DNA of 64,000 bases, taken from contig OX597820.1 in NCBI GenBank assembly GCA_951406725.2, positions 15,004,001-15,068,000 of the forward strand. Direction: 5' to 3'. The notes below the pieces were generated by a model. It was given only the letters and a program-made list of their open reading frames with translations, searched no databases and was not told the origin of the DNA. Origin of the DNA: Octopus vulgaris (taxonomy: Eukaryota). The position numbers were made by a program, and so were the translations under genes. This document shows positions 12,285-29,158 of the stretch, piece by piece. Every line of letters starts with the position of its first letter. The stretch's first letter is position 1.

Positions 12285-12765
<481 letters not shown>

Positions 12766-12862
12766 TACCTCAGAAAATTTCTCCTGTCACCAAGCACACA
12801 CACACACACAAAAGACAAATTCTTCTGTTACTTTAACAACCAAAGTAAGAAGGTTAAACTCT

Positions 12863-13127
12863 TTGAACTCAGAACGTAAAGACGGATGAAATACCTATTT
12901 CTTTACTACCCACAAGGGGCTAAACACAGAGGGGACAAACAAGAACAGACAAACGGATTAAGTCGATTATATCGACGCCAGTGCGTAACTGGTATTTATT
13001 TTATCGACCTCGAAAGAATGAAAGGCAAAGTCGACCTCGGCGGAATTTGGTCTCAGAACGTAATGGCAGACGAAATACGGCTACGCATTTCGCCCGGCAT
13101 ACTTACGTTTCTGCCAGCTCGCCGCTT
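12863..13127 (-). mobile_element. SINE family A with tail B plus a partial second unit, flanked by a TSD
   Basis: AAGAAGGTTAAA duplicated at about 12847 and 13131; junction GAAATACCTATTTC at 12888-12901. Confidence 0.8.
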
Positions 13128-13382
13128 TGAAAGAAGGTTAAATTGAACTGATATTACGGCAACAAACCATAATCCTTTCTCCTTGGGTACCGGATTTTGG
13201 GGATATTTAGGAACAACATATTGGTGCAGCTTATACAGATAGGCTCTGGCATATCAGGGTGGGTTAAAAATGGGGTTCGGTCCCGCTGCGCGGTACATTC
13301 GACAAGTTTTTTCAACTCTAATTTTAGGCCGACCAATTGCCTTGTGAGTGAATCTTGTAGGCGGAAACTATGTAGAAGCCTT

Positions 13383-13454
<72 letters not shown>

Positions 13455-14141
13455 GTGTGTATGTGTGAAATTGTGTAGAAACCTGTCGTACACACACACA
13501 CGCACACGCACACAGACACAGAAACACACACACAACCACACACACACACATATATATACACACACATATTGTGTGTATGTGTGCGCGTGTTAATGTCTGG
13601 TGACAGCGTATGTCATGGTGGTCGAGAGTATTGGGTTCTCGATTGCGCGTTGTGTCCTTGAGCAAGACACTTTATTATTATATCTACTCTGCTGGCAAAG
13701 ATGAGTTGTACCCGTATTTCAAAGGGTCAGCCTTTGTCGCATTCTGTGTCGCACTGAATCTCCCTGAGATCCACATTAGCGGGGACACGTGTCTGTGGAG
13801 TGCTCAACACGTTATTTTCACTAGCAGGCTGTTAGTCGATCGGATCAACGGGAACACTCGTTGTCATAACCGATGCTGATTTGTTGATTTGTTTACATCC
13901 CCATACCTGAGCGGTTCGACAAAAAAGAATCGGTAGAATAATTCCAGACTTTAAAAAATAATCGATAGTGAGGACTTTGTACGATTAAACCAGCTATGAT
14001 GGTGCTCCAGCATGGCCGCAGCCCAACGACTGAATCGTGTGTCAGATATATTGTGGTGATAGTTTTCTGACATAGAAGTGTCGAAACAATTGTGATTAAT
14101 ATTATATTCTCGTATATTCTATCTTCTGTGTTTCATTTGTT

Positions 14142-14560
14142 GGCCAAGGCCTCATCAACTTTTTCAAGTTCCTCTTGAAAAGGAAGATGAGAGTAGAGAG
14201 GGAAGTGCTGTCTGATAGCAAATTTATTGAAAGGTGGGTGAATGTTGGGAAAATGGCCAGCATCTATGGACCAATTCTGAGGTTACACCTGTAAAAAAAA
14301 AGGTAAACATAAAAGGAGAAAGGGGCCCTCTAACCCTTTTTGACCAGGCTCCCGTGGCTTTTATGGGTTTTTCCGCGAGTAACCTTTCGAAGCGCCTCCC
14401 CCTATTGGGAGTTTTACTTGTTATATATATAATTTCGTTGGTATTTAAATGTTTACACGGACCTTTTTATCGGACAAAACCCTTTATAATTTTCGTCCTG
14501 TCTTTGTCCTTATGTTTCTTTGATTTTTGTTAGCCCTTGTGGCCAATAAACCAGAATTAA
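14142..14560 (+). mobile_element. 5'-truncated L1/Tx1-like LINE: ORF2 C-terminus and 3' UTR
   Basis: Frame GQGLINFFKFLLKRKMRVEREVLSDSKFIERWVNVGKMA...HL* (stop 14292-14294), T-rich UTR, AATAAA at 14545. Confidence 0.6.
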
Positions 14561-14563
14561 TTT

Positions 14564-14600
<37 letters not shown>

Positions 14601-15127
14601 CAGTAAGATTGATAAATGCAGATGCGGAAAAGTCGGAACACTGAAGCTTATTTTTTTCCAATTGTTCACTAGCATTGAATAGATATACATGGAGGAACAT
14701 CTGGATATACATGGAGGAACATCTGTTCCTAAAGGTCCTCTTCACAAGTCCTGGGGTCGATTTTCTCGACAAAAGGCGGCGCTCCATCATGGCCGCAGTC
14801 AAAATGACTGAAACAAGTAAAAGAGTAAAAGAGTATACACACACACCTATAGATATAAATAGATGGTTAGATATAGATATATAAATACATACTCTTTACT
14901 CTCTTTTACTCTTTTACTTGTTTCAGTCATTTGCATTTGACTGCGGCCATGCTGGAGCACCGCCTTTAATCGAGCAACTCGAACCCGGGACTTATTCTTT
15001 TGTAAGCCCAGTACTTATTCTATCGGTCTCTTTTGCCGAACCGCTAAGTAACGGGACATAAACACACCAGCATCGGTTGTCAAGCAATGCTAGGGGGACA
15101 AACACAGACACGCAAACACACACACGC

Positions 15128-15158
<31 letters not shown>

Positions 15159-15659
15159 TACGACGGGCTTCTTTCAGTTTCCATCTACTACATCCACTCA
15201 CAAGGCTTTGGTCGGCCCGAGGCTATAGTAGAAGACACTTGCCCAAGGTGCCACGCAGTGGGACTGCTTATACATATACCTTAATATGTGCGTGCGAGCA
15301 TATATATATATATACGTATGTATGTATACGTAGATAATACGGATACAGACCCGCAACAAGACCTGTCCGAACACGGATACGATATTAATATTGACACAAG
15401 CACCCATTCGTAGACATGCATATACGTTCTCTCTTACACATACACAGTCTCGCCCTCATACACATATACTGGGTCAATATGTATAAAGGCACACATATGC
15501 ACACACAGATACTTACGTCTATAGATACTTACATACATACGCTAATTCATACATACATACATACATACATGCAGAAAGTGGTTACTGTTTCACAAGTGTA
15601 TATATGCTTGTAAACACACTTTATTAAACTCGGGCAGAGTAGGAGAAAGGGAGGGAAAG

Positions 15660-18460
<2,801 letters not shown>

Positions 18461-19239
18461 TGTGTGTGTCTGCACTTATATAAATATATTATGTGTGTCT
18501 CTACTGACGCATAGCTAAATTAGTAATATTGGTCAAGCTAAAAATAACATCGTTTCCATCATATTTGACATTTTATTGGATCCAAGACAAAACAAGAGAA
18601 AACAAGTCGAGAACATTATACCGGAAGTGGCAAACTTCATCTTGCCAGACCAATGTAATGGAAGAGGCGTTAATGCTAGGATCAAAACATTGTATTTTAA
18701 AGGGAAATAACTATGAAAAGGACCGTTAACTGTACATCTTTGGGTAGTGTTTGCCTCTTTTGTTTTTTGTGTTTTTATTTTTAACTTCTAGTTTCTTTTA
18801 TGGCGACTTTTGACTTGGTTTCATCCGACATTGGTTGAATAAAATGCGTCTGAGATTTTCAGCGGGGTCAAGGTCATTGTCTGTGATTTCTTTTTCACAA
18901 AGGGACATTTTCGTCGTGGCACAATTGGATGAATACTGTGATACGATGAGCTCTCATATGATTTTGTGGTGCATATAAGCACTCTTGCTTATATCGCTAG
19001 CGGGAGACAATCACTGCCATTGCCGTCGCCGTCGCCAGGACTACCAGATCACGAGATTCCGGCCTTCCTTGATCTTGTCAATGGTAGACGCCTAACCGCT
19101 GTAAATAGCGGTGACCGTTGTGCTAGAGATATGCATAGAATCACAAAGTGCCTAACTAGGCACTGGTGTCGCGTATGTTGTTGTTGTTTGTTCCTTCTCG
19201 AGCCATGCCTGGCTCATAAGGGCCGGTTTGCCGGTTTCA

Positions 19240-19725
19240 TTGACGTTTTGTCTTGGTATAAAAGATGGGCTACAGAAAACATTCTGCTCAATACCACAGA
19301 TTTGCTTGTCAGTTATTTGACCTTAACCAGTTGAGCATGTCCCTTAGTGGCTGACGATATGTGCATCTCTGATCACGAATAATGGGAGAGCATCATAGCC
19401 ATGTGTTGAGAGGAATTCTTTGGGGTTTGGATAATTCACCTTCGGAAATATGGGTGTTTTGTTCATCATCCTTAAACAAAACTTATTCAGGGACCTTTTG
19501 AGCGGGATGAGTTACTCGACCAGAAGAATATTCTAACCGGGCCCCACCTGCAAGGTAGGTGCTGTTTATCTTGATATGCGATCACCATGTCGCGCACATA
19601 TGGCTGTGATGCATGTGCCTGGTGTACCCTTATCAGACGGGTAGTGATGATGGGTATGTTGGGCTTCATATACTTGTACCCCTGTGTCACTTTGATGGCA
19701 TGCATTGTTCTCTCACTCAATAATA
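19240..19725 (+). mobile_element. About 550-bp interspersed retro-element with (AAT)n tail; copies at 40166-40720 and 40786-41190 on the minus strand
   Basis: Three highly similar copies ending TTGATGGCATGCA..CTCTCACTC-(AAT)n; no ORF. Confidence 0.7.
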
Positions 19726-19898
19726 AAAATAATCCTTTCTCCTAGAGGCACAAGGCCTGAAATTTGGGGGAGGGAGTGTTTCACTGGTACTTAATTTATC
19801 GACCCCGAACGTAGCGACAAGCAAAATACCGCTAAGCATTTCACCCGGTTTGCTAACGATTCTGCCAGCTCACCGCCTTAATAATAATAATAATAATG

Positions 19899-19953
<55 letters not shown>

Positions 19954-19963
19954 TAATAATAAT

Positions 19964-20001
<38 letters not shown>

Positions 20002-20004
20002 TAA

Positions 20005-20530
20005 TTGGACACTTTGCAACAAGTATGGACTTGACAGAGCAAAAAATTGGTACGACCACAAACCTGAAGGCATTGTCGAAAATAGAAATGCAAAGATCCT
20101 ATGGGATTTTATGATTCAGTGTGACCATGAGATAGAGAATAGGAAGCCGGACATAGTCTTAATTGAGAAAGAAAACAAACTATGCTGGATCATAGATATA
20201 GCATGCCCAGCTGAAAACAAGGTATGCGATAAGGAAGAAAGAAAAGTGAGAGATATGACAGGTTAGCTTGGGAAGTTAAGCAGTTGTGGTCGATGAAAAA
20301 GGTAGCCCTGGGAACAGTGAGCAAAAATCTCGAGAAGTACGTGGAACAAATACGGGCTGCAATAAGGGTGGAGCACTTGCAGAAAACAGCACTGCTTGGA
20401 ACTGCACGAATACTCCGAAAGGTACTCGAAAAATAAGAGGTGTTACTTTAGTTCACTTGTAGTGAACAGCTGACACCGTAGTACATCTCCAGCGTTAGAA
20501 GTTGTGCAAAGGCAATAAGAATAAGAATAA
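20005..20530 (+). mobile_element. R4/Dong-like non-LTR retrotransposon 3' fragment (restriction-like endonuclease) in an (AAT)n tract
   Basis: WYDHKPEGIVENRNAKILWDFMIQCDHEIENRKPDIVLIEK...IIDIACP...ALGTVSKNLEKY...LQKTALLGTARILRKVL with the PD..D motif; (TAA)-like repeats on both sides. Confidence 0.85.
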
Positions 20531-20624
20531 TAACAACAACAACAACGATGATGATGATGATTATGATATGAACAGAATATAGATACAGAAGGAGTGGTAT
20601 TTCAATTCAATTCAATATTCTAGT

Positions 20625-20815
20625 CTACTATAGGCACAAGGCCCGAAATTTTGGGGGAGAGGGCTTGTCGATTAGATCGACTCCAGTACGCAACTGCTAC
20701 TTAATTTGTCGACCCCGAAAGGATGAAAGTCAAAGTCGACATCGTTGAAATTTGAACTCAGAACATAAAGACAGACGAAATACCGCTAATACCGTTTCTG
20801 CCAGCTTGCAGCCTT
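20625..20815 (-). mobile_element. SINE family A (tail A) with TSD
   Basis: AATTCAATTCAATAT on both flanks (about 20604 and 20816). Confidence 0.8.
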
Positions 20816-20889
20816 AATTCAATTCAATATCGATTTATTAATTTTCAATAATCCAATAATGTGATTATGAATTAATCACAAAGGTTTTA

Positions 20890-21402
20890 TCTATATATAT
20901 AAAACTGTAGTTGTGTGAGTGTCTGTCTCCTACGATTTAGATTCCTAACTCCTCCCACATTTTGCGGTGCAGTTTAACCAAAACCGGGTATCTTATAGTC
21001 GTGATTCATATCGAGCCCGTCTGGCTATTAGCGCGCGTCTACGATGAGTCTACGATTTTAAAAATAATTTAACATCATTTTTTATTCCATTTTAATGCAT
21101 AATTTTTCGTGTGTCGATGGCGGCGGAGTTGGCGTCCATGGTCACACCTGCACCTGTTTGCTTTTCCCCCTTCTTCCCTCCCTCGTGAAGCTGTGGGGAA
21201 GGGAGTGTAAGGAAATCAACGTCGTAAAGCGTTGTCAAGGAGACCAGCGTTCTTTTAGAACAACGACTTCATGGCTTGAAGACACCAAAACAGAAATGGC
21301 TAAGAAAGCCCGAATTGGCATCTATAAAGGAAGTAACTCTCTAAAAATGCTTATATAGTTATTTCCCTTACAAACCCGAGCAACGCCGGGCGATACTGCT
21401 AG
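20890..21402 (+). mobile_element. Non-autonomous Helitron
   Basis: A|TC 5' end, CTAG|T 3' end, subterminal hairpin CCCGAGCAACGCCGGG, no TSD. Confidence 0.85.
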
Positions 21403-21721
21403 TTATAAATAACATGACAAGATTCTAAGCTAGGAGTTCAAAAAATTCCACTACAGTGAGTATGCCATCTCGTGTTATCAAATTCGTTTATTTGGCAGAA
21501 CTATTAGCACACCGGGAAAATATTCAGTAGCTTTTCGTTCTTCTTTATGCGTTCTGAGTTCAAATTGGGCTGAGGTTGACTTTGCCTTTTATCCTTTCGG
21601 GGTCAATAAAATAAGTGCCAGCTGAGTACTGGGGTCGATGTATTCGACTAACCCCTTCCCATAAAACTTCAGGTATTGTGCCTATAGAAAAAAAAAAGTG
21701 GGGGTTATTTTAGCTGTGTAT

Positions 21722-22122
21722 AAAGGCGGCAAGTTGGCAAATTCATTGACACACCGGGTAAAATGTAACCAGTAATATTTCGTCCGTCTTTTCGTTCTGA
21801 GTTCAAATTCCGCCGAGGTCGACTTTGCTTTTCATCCCTTTCGGGGTCGATGAAATAAGTACCAGTTACGCACTGGGGTCGATGTAATCGACTGAATCCG
21901 TGTGTCTGTCCTTGTTTGTCCCCTCTGTGTTTAGCCCCTTGTGGGTAGTAAAGAAATAGGTATTTCGTCTATCTTTACGTTCTGAGTTCAAATTCTGCTG
22001 AGGTCGACTTTGCCTTTCATCCCTTTCGGGGTCTATGAAACCAATACCAGTTGAGCACTGGGGTCAATGTAATTGACTTCCTCATCCCACCAAAATTATG
22101 GCTTTGTGCCTATAGTAGAAAG
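21722..22122 (+). repeat. Two-unit SINE family A concatemer (tail B unit then tail A unit)
   Basis: Junction AAGAAATA-GG-TATTTCGTC at 21951-21969. Confidence 0.85.
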
Positions 22123-23779
22123 GGTTATTTTAACTTTATATGAAACGGGAAGAAGGGTAGGTGTCCTGATATGTAAAAAAAAAAAAAAAATTAATCTTTT
22201 CTAATTTAGACATAAAGTCAGTATTTTTAAGGGGAGGGTAAATCGTTTTCATTGATTCCAGTGCTCAAGTGATTCTTTTATCGACCCCGAAACGATGAAA
22301 GGCAAAGCCGACATCAGTGATATTTGAACCCTGAACGTGAAGAGCCGGAAGAAATGCTGCTAAGCAATTTGTAACGATTCTGACAGCTAACCGTCCAACT
22401 GTGGTGCAAAAATCATATAATCGATAACATGGTTGTTCTATAAACCCGGCAACAGACATAAGATTCTACCGCCATCCATGGACTAGTGGTTTCGAAATCT
22501 AATCCCTATAATCCGAAATATAACACCCGCAGGGATTTATGTGGTTTCATTCTTTGGATTTTCATTAATAAAAAGAAAAAAAAATAAATAAATAAAGAAT
22601 ACAGCAGAGAGATCGATAATATTCACTATTGATAAATTTCCTGTTATGACGCTAAATAGGTTTGATCCTAAAATAGGTTAGCCATAAAGCCATGATGTTC
22701 TAATAGGAAACTGAAGTTATGAGAAATCTTGTTAGTCTGGCATTAGAGGAACCGTCTTTTGTGATTTACGGTTAACCTAATCGATCCAGTAATTTCCAAT
22801 AATTTACACACGCTCTTTCCATGTTCTCATTGCTCCCCTACATCTTTCTCCCGCTCCTCACTCTCTGTCTATGTTTCCTCTCTCTCTTTGTCTCTTTCTC
22901 TATCTATCTCTTTATATCGTTCTATCTCTTTATCTCGTTCTATCTCTCTATCCCTCTCTCGCCCCCCCCTCTCTTTCTCTTTCTCTTGTGCCTGCTCTTC
23001 ACTTCACTCTCATAATTTCTATGTGAAATATTTTCAAGTTGTACAGAAATTTATGGATGCATGTACATATGTATGCATATGTGTGCGTGTGAGTGTATGT
23101 ATATTAGTACATGTATGCGTATGTAAATATGTGCATATATGTGTGACTCTACAAACACACACACACATACACACACTGTTGTGTTGTTTCCCTTCTGCGT
23201 CGTACTTGTACTATTTTACTGTGTTGTTTTGTCTCGTTTTCTTTTCATTGTAAGAAGAGAACAGATTTTTTCATCGCCCCTAGACCTAACCATGCGTCTT
23301 TTCACAATGTTTCTTTTTCTCCGTTTCAGTAGGTAACATACCATGAAATGCTTTACCTGTGCTTGTGTCCGTATTCATCCTAAAAATGACTTAACTACAT
23401 CTAATGTCTTATTGAAACCACTAAAGGCAGCAGTTCTAACTCAAAGCATCGAAACTACCTGGATATTTAGCGGGCAAGCTGATGAAGGCTAAATCTTCGT
23501 TTGTTGTATCATTACATGTTTTTGTCACTTCAGTACATATTTGAATATATGAAAATAGACAAATGTGTCCTTCGCAGAACATTCCCCGATTAGTGTGAAC
23601 AAAAGATTTTGTGAAGAATTAACAAATAAGTAAGAATTCATTAGAGAAACAGCAAAAGTCTATGGGAGAGAAACAACAGCAGAAGGCAGGATTTTGGATA
23701 CTTCACGACAAATAACATATGAGTACATGCATTGTACATGTGTGCTTATACGTTTGTGCGTGTATGTTATGTGTGTGTG

Positions 23780-23946
<167 letters not shown>

Positions 23947-24066
23947 CACACACATATATACACACAAAAGTTGGTTCAAAAGTCACGCACCAAAACATTT
24001 GACTTGTTTTGCTTTAGCGAAAGCAGAGGTATTGTTTTCAGTTGCGCATTTGTTATGCTTATCAAA

Positions 24067-24215
<149 letters not shown>

Positions 24216-24270
24216 TACACACAAAAGTTGGTTCAAAAGTCACACCAAAACATTTGACTTTTATTTATAA

Positions 24271-24617
24271 TTACCTCTACCTTAGCGAAAGCAGAGGTAT
24301 TGTTTTCAGTTGCGTTTGTTAGCTTGTTTGTTTGTTTATCTGTAGACAAGATATCTCAAGAACCGCTGAAAGGATTCGGATGAAATTTTCAGGGATGTTC
24401 GGCCTCGTGACTGGCATGCAAGGATTATGGATTATTTTTCCGTATTTTTTAGAATTTAATTTTTGAGGGTGGTCGGGTTCATTTTTAGTATTCTCGTTTG
24501 TAAGAACTGTTCAATTTATTTCAGATATTCTCATTTTAAAAATCATCTCTGGCTAATCGTTGAGAGGTTGTTGGTGTTGCCTTTGCGGATGTTTGTGCTC
24601 TCTCAGTGTTCTTGTTA
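24271..24617 (+). mobile_element. HINE/DINE-1-like (Helentron-associated) element; partial duplicate at about 23965-24055
   Basis: TTACCTCTACCTTAGCGAAAGCAGAGGT 5' hairpin, (GTTT)n tract, GGATTCGGATGAAATTTTC core, 3' GCGGATGTTTGTGCTCTCTCAGTG. Confidence 0.6.
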
Positions 24618-24649
24618 TGTTGTTGCTGTTGTTGTTGTTGTTATCATTA

Positions 24650-25090
24650 TCATTTTCCGATTGGTTTGCATTTTATATCATCTACCGGCCGGGTCTCAAT
24701 TAGAGAACTAGGGCACGTATTTATTAGATGGAAAGAAACTTCCTGGGAATGTGGACGATTGATGTCAACAAAATTTATTGAATCTGATATATTGCTGGTT
24801 TCCCATGGATCTGATCAAAATTTTGTGACTACCTTTCTTAGTCATTCCCAGGGCACCTACAACAACAGGGATGGCTTTGGTTATTAATTTCCCCGTCCTA
24901 GATATCTCAATCTCAAGGTCATAATATTTCGATAGTTTTTCAAATTCCTTTCTTGAGATGTTTTTATCAGTAGGCGCTGTCATATTGATTTACATTCATG
25001 TTTATTTTTACATCTCTGATGACGATGTCTGGTAGGTTAACATTTATTTGCCTGTCCGTGTGTATTTCATAATCTCATAGGATGGTAACA
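24650..25090 (-). mobile_element. R4/Dong-like LINE endonuclease fragment (degenerate)
   Basis: YEIHTDRQINVNLPDIVIRD...PTDKNISRKEFEKLSKYYDLEIEISR...IPVVVGALGM. Confidence 0.8.
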
Positions 25091-25116
25091 TTCTCTCCTT
25101 CACTCTTTCCCTCAAT

Positions 25117-25445
25117 TATTATTATTATTATTGTTGTTGTTGTTGTTGTTGTTTTACTTCTCAGAACGCTCAGTCTTGTTCGCTCTGGTAGATTCTGTGA
25201 GAGCGGACAGCAGCCTACCGCCAGAGGTCACACAAGGTCTCTTTTTGCACATCATAAGTTTTGATATTTGGTTGTTATTTATCGTGGGAGGCATTGAACA
25301 TCCAAGTACCAATCTCAAAATCCTAACTGTCTCAAGCAGAGCAATTTTGGGGACCTGCTCTGCTCTCATGTCAATTCCGATTTCTTTGATATATTTCTCG
25401 AACTTGGTTGTTAGTGTTCCGAGCGCCCCTACAACTACTGGAATG
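25117..25445 (-). mobile_element. R4/Dong-like LINE 3' end with (CAA/TAA)n tail
   Basis: IPVVVGALGTLTTKFEKYIKEIGIDMRAEQVPKIALLETVRILRLVLG, then UTR and repeat tail. Confidence 0.8.
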
Positions 25446-25449
25446 AGAG

Positions 25450-25875
25450 AGTGAACGGTCACGTCTCAGAGCCATTTAACATCATGCGCTCAGTCCGGGA
25501 AGGTTGTTTCCTCCGGTCTCTCTTGTACGTACTGACTCTCGAGCCACTAATACGCAAACTGGAGGCGTTGAGAGGCAGGCCGCGTGACCTAGGATGTGGG
25601 AGATGCGTGTAGGCATATGCTGGTGATGTCACTGTAGTGGTGTCGGATCACAAACACATAGAAATGATCGGCACCGCTCTCAGGGGCTACGAAGTGGTTT
25701 CAGGAGCGACAATTTACCAGGAAAAATCGGTGGGCTTGCGACTGGGCACCTGGAGAAGCAAGTCCATGCCGTCTAACTGCGTCGTTGGGGACTGGACGGA
25801 TGGACCGGTTAAATTGCTCGGGGTCTGGTTCGGTTCGGAACTCCAGATGGACGAAAACTCGGACGAGGTAATAGC
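25450..25875 (+). mobile_element. L1/Tx1-like reverse transcriptase fragment (pseudogenised)
   Basis: SVREGCFLRSLLYVLTLEPLIRKLEAL (degenerate QGCPLSP motif), AYAGDVTV (degenerate YADD), SGATIYQEKS, VKLLGVWFG. Confidence 0.8.
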
Positions 25876-26291
25876 GTAGCATTAGAATTTGAAACAGCTC
25901 AACTAATCTTCACGCACACGTACACACACGGAAAATAGGCAGCCTAATGCTTCATAGTGCACTTTCTGATCTGTGTAAGCGGAACCTTTTTCCACTTCGA
26001 TTTTTAAATGTGAAAGAACAAGAGCAGAAGTTAAGATTATCTTTCTATATGTATATGATAATAGTATGACTCAGCTCTAGATTACGTAAATAACAGTTTA
26101 ACAGAGTCTCTGAACATCTAATGACGTGGACTTCTCCTACGCCCACGAAACTGCGTAAAACTATTATTAAATATTATTAAATATAGGCGCAGTATATATG
26201 GTAAGTAGCTTGCTTACCAACCATATGGTTCCGAGTTCAGTCCCACCACGTGTGCACCTTGGGCAAGTGTCTTCTACTTATCCCTTTTATA

Positions 26292-26350
<59 letters not shown>

Positions 26351-26371
26351 CCTACCTACCTATCTATGTCT

Positions 26372-26419
<48 letters not shown>

Positions 26420-26469
26420 CCTACCTACCTATCTATATGTCTGTCTGTCTATCTATCTATCTATCTATA

Positions 26470-26541
<72 letters not shown>

Positions 26542-27077
26542 CATATGTGTGTGTGTATTTATGTATGTATGTATATATGCATACATATGTGTGTGTGTAT
26601 TTATGTATGTATGTATTTATGTATATATGCACGTTAACAATATCATCATGGAAGCTATTTACTGGTTAAGAAATTCGCTTCGCAACCACGTCATTCCGAG
26701 CGAGTTCTTATTGTGCGATTCTGTATGGATGGGACTCTTCTGTATATTTAAAACGTACAACGCTCCTTTGTGGGTTAGTGTTCGTCAACCTAATTGTATG
26801 CGGGGATGGAGACGGGTGTGCGTTAGTGCCTGTACATGTGTGTGTGTGTGTGTGTATGCGCGTATATGTGACTGTGTATATGTAACTGTGAATATGCGTG
26901 TGTTGCATACATGCACACGAACATGCATAGCTGCATATATTTCGTCTGCTGGGATTTTGGATATTAAGCCAATTCATAAATATACATGCACAAGACAGAC
27001 AGACAGACAGACAGACAGACATATGTATGTAGATACGGACATACACTCACATGCATACACACATACACACATATGCA

Positions 27078-27197
<120 letters not shown>

Positions 27198-27919
27198 TAC
27201 ATACATTGATATATATGCAAATAAATCTATATAACCACATAAGTATGTATATATATATCTGTGTATATTTATGCACCTATATATGTATACGTATATACAT
27301 ACTTACACACACGCACATATATGTATATATTTATACGAATATATACGTGTGTGTGTTTGTGTGTGTGTGTGTACACAATTACATATACATGTATACGTGT
27401 GTACAGAATTACATATACATGTATACGTACATATACGCACACACAGAAGAATGCTTAAGTCTCTAACGTGTTGTGGCACATCTTAAAATGTTGAACAAAG
27501 TTATTCTGGAACAAATTCCATATATTCATTAAATAGTGTTGTTCCAAGTTGGTTAGGGAATTTAAGTTCGTGTCCTCAAGAGAATAGCATGACAAAGACG
27601 TCGAGGTCTGTATATTAATGTTTTCTTTTGATAATCGCCATTTTCGTTTGTAAATTTTCCTTCATTTAAAACTGAAAACTTAATCGATAAACAAATCGAT
27701 ATTCTTTGTATATGTAAATGTATTTATGCGCGCGCGTGTGTGTTTGTGTGTGTGTGAGAGAGAGAGAGAGAGAGTACGTGTATGTGCATGCTTGTGTACT
27801 CTAATAGACGTTTGTTTATTTTTGGTTGTATAGTTTAACCAGTTATTGGAAATTCTGTTTACCAAATTAATGTTGAGCCGTTCGTATTCTCCGGTGTAGT
27901 GTTTAGTTATTGTAGGAAG

Positions 27920-27957
<38 letters not shown>

Positions 27958-28111
27958 TCAATGTATATATCCAAAAAAGAAGCACACTCGAAAACATAGA
28001 ACAGTAATGTATTTATATACAGTGAAGTTTATGTCTGGTCATGGAGTGACCAATGGTTTTGCATCAACAAAGGCCTTAGCCCCGTGAACGTCTCTCTCTC
28101 TCTCTCTCTCC

Positions 28112-28175
<64 letters not shown>

Positions 28176-28196
28176 TTGTATATATATATATATATA

Positions 28197-28385
28197 GGGA
28201 GAATTCACACAAAAAACAAAAGACGAGGACAGCTGGTGTAGAAAACAAACAGCTGTATTAGTATAACGGTTGGGAATTGACAAAGTCTTTAACGTTTCGA
28301 ACCTACGCTCTTCCACAGAAAAGAACACAGAAAGAAACAAGGAGAGGAAAAAAATGTGTGTAGTGGCTACCGATCTATCATGGCG
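28197..28385 (-). repeat. Penelope-like short element with A6U hammerhead motif (28287-28322)
   Basis: Minus strand TTTT-CTGTGGA-A-GAGCGTAGGTTC-GAAA-CG-TT-AAAG; same family as 1-337. Confidence 0.65.
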
Positions 28386-28664
28386 AATCTTTATCTCCAT
28401 TTTCTTTGTTTCCTTATATATATATATATATATATATAATATAATATATATAAAATAATATATATATATAATATTGTTTGCTAAAGAAATTTCGAAACCA
28501 TGGTATAACCGATAATAAATAACAAGGTAAAAGTTTTTATTTTTCAATCCCTTCGAAAATTTCTATTAAATCGTGGTTTTGGCCGTGTTGGCTGCTATTT
28601 CTAGCATGTGAAAATTACCTGTTAAAAGGTAATTTTCTCTTGTGTTTAAATGTACACTTTTTAA

Positions 28665-28799
<135 letters not shown>

Positions 28800-29158
28800 A
28801 AACAAAGAAAATGGAGATAAAATTGATAATTGATAAACATCAATATTGTAGTTAAGCCTGATAATACCTTGAATAGTGCCAACAGAAACAGCTGTCAGAT
28901 GAGATATTGTCCTTTTATAATCAATAAATGATAATTGTTGTTTATCAATTATCAATTTTATCCCCATTCTTTCTTTCCTGAAATATAGATAAACTTCGGT
29001 TTATTCTTGTCCTTACCTATCATTTATGAGCATTAATACTAATAGCCTAATAGCATATAGGTAAGACACCAGTTAATTCAAGTATCCCTTAGACGGTTGT
29101 TATAACCTCTAACTTAACTCACCTTTAGATAATATATATATAATATATATATATATAG

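Noticed and set aside
18780-19170. Unique GC-balanced stretch with a 122-aa plus-strand ORF
   Set aside because: The ORF has a GTG start, runs into repeats and has no recognisable motif; minus-strand frames are interrupted by stops.
23479-23500. CTGATGA as a possible hammerhead (also 25016 and 37953)
   Set aside because: No GAAA, stem III or stem I at the required positions.
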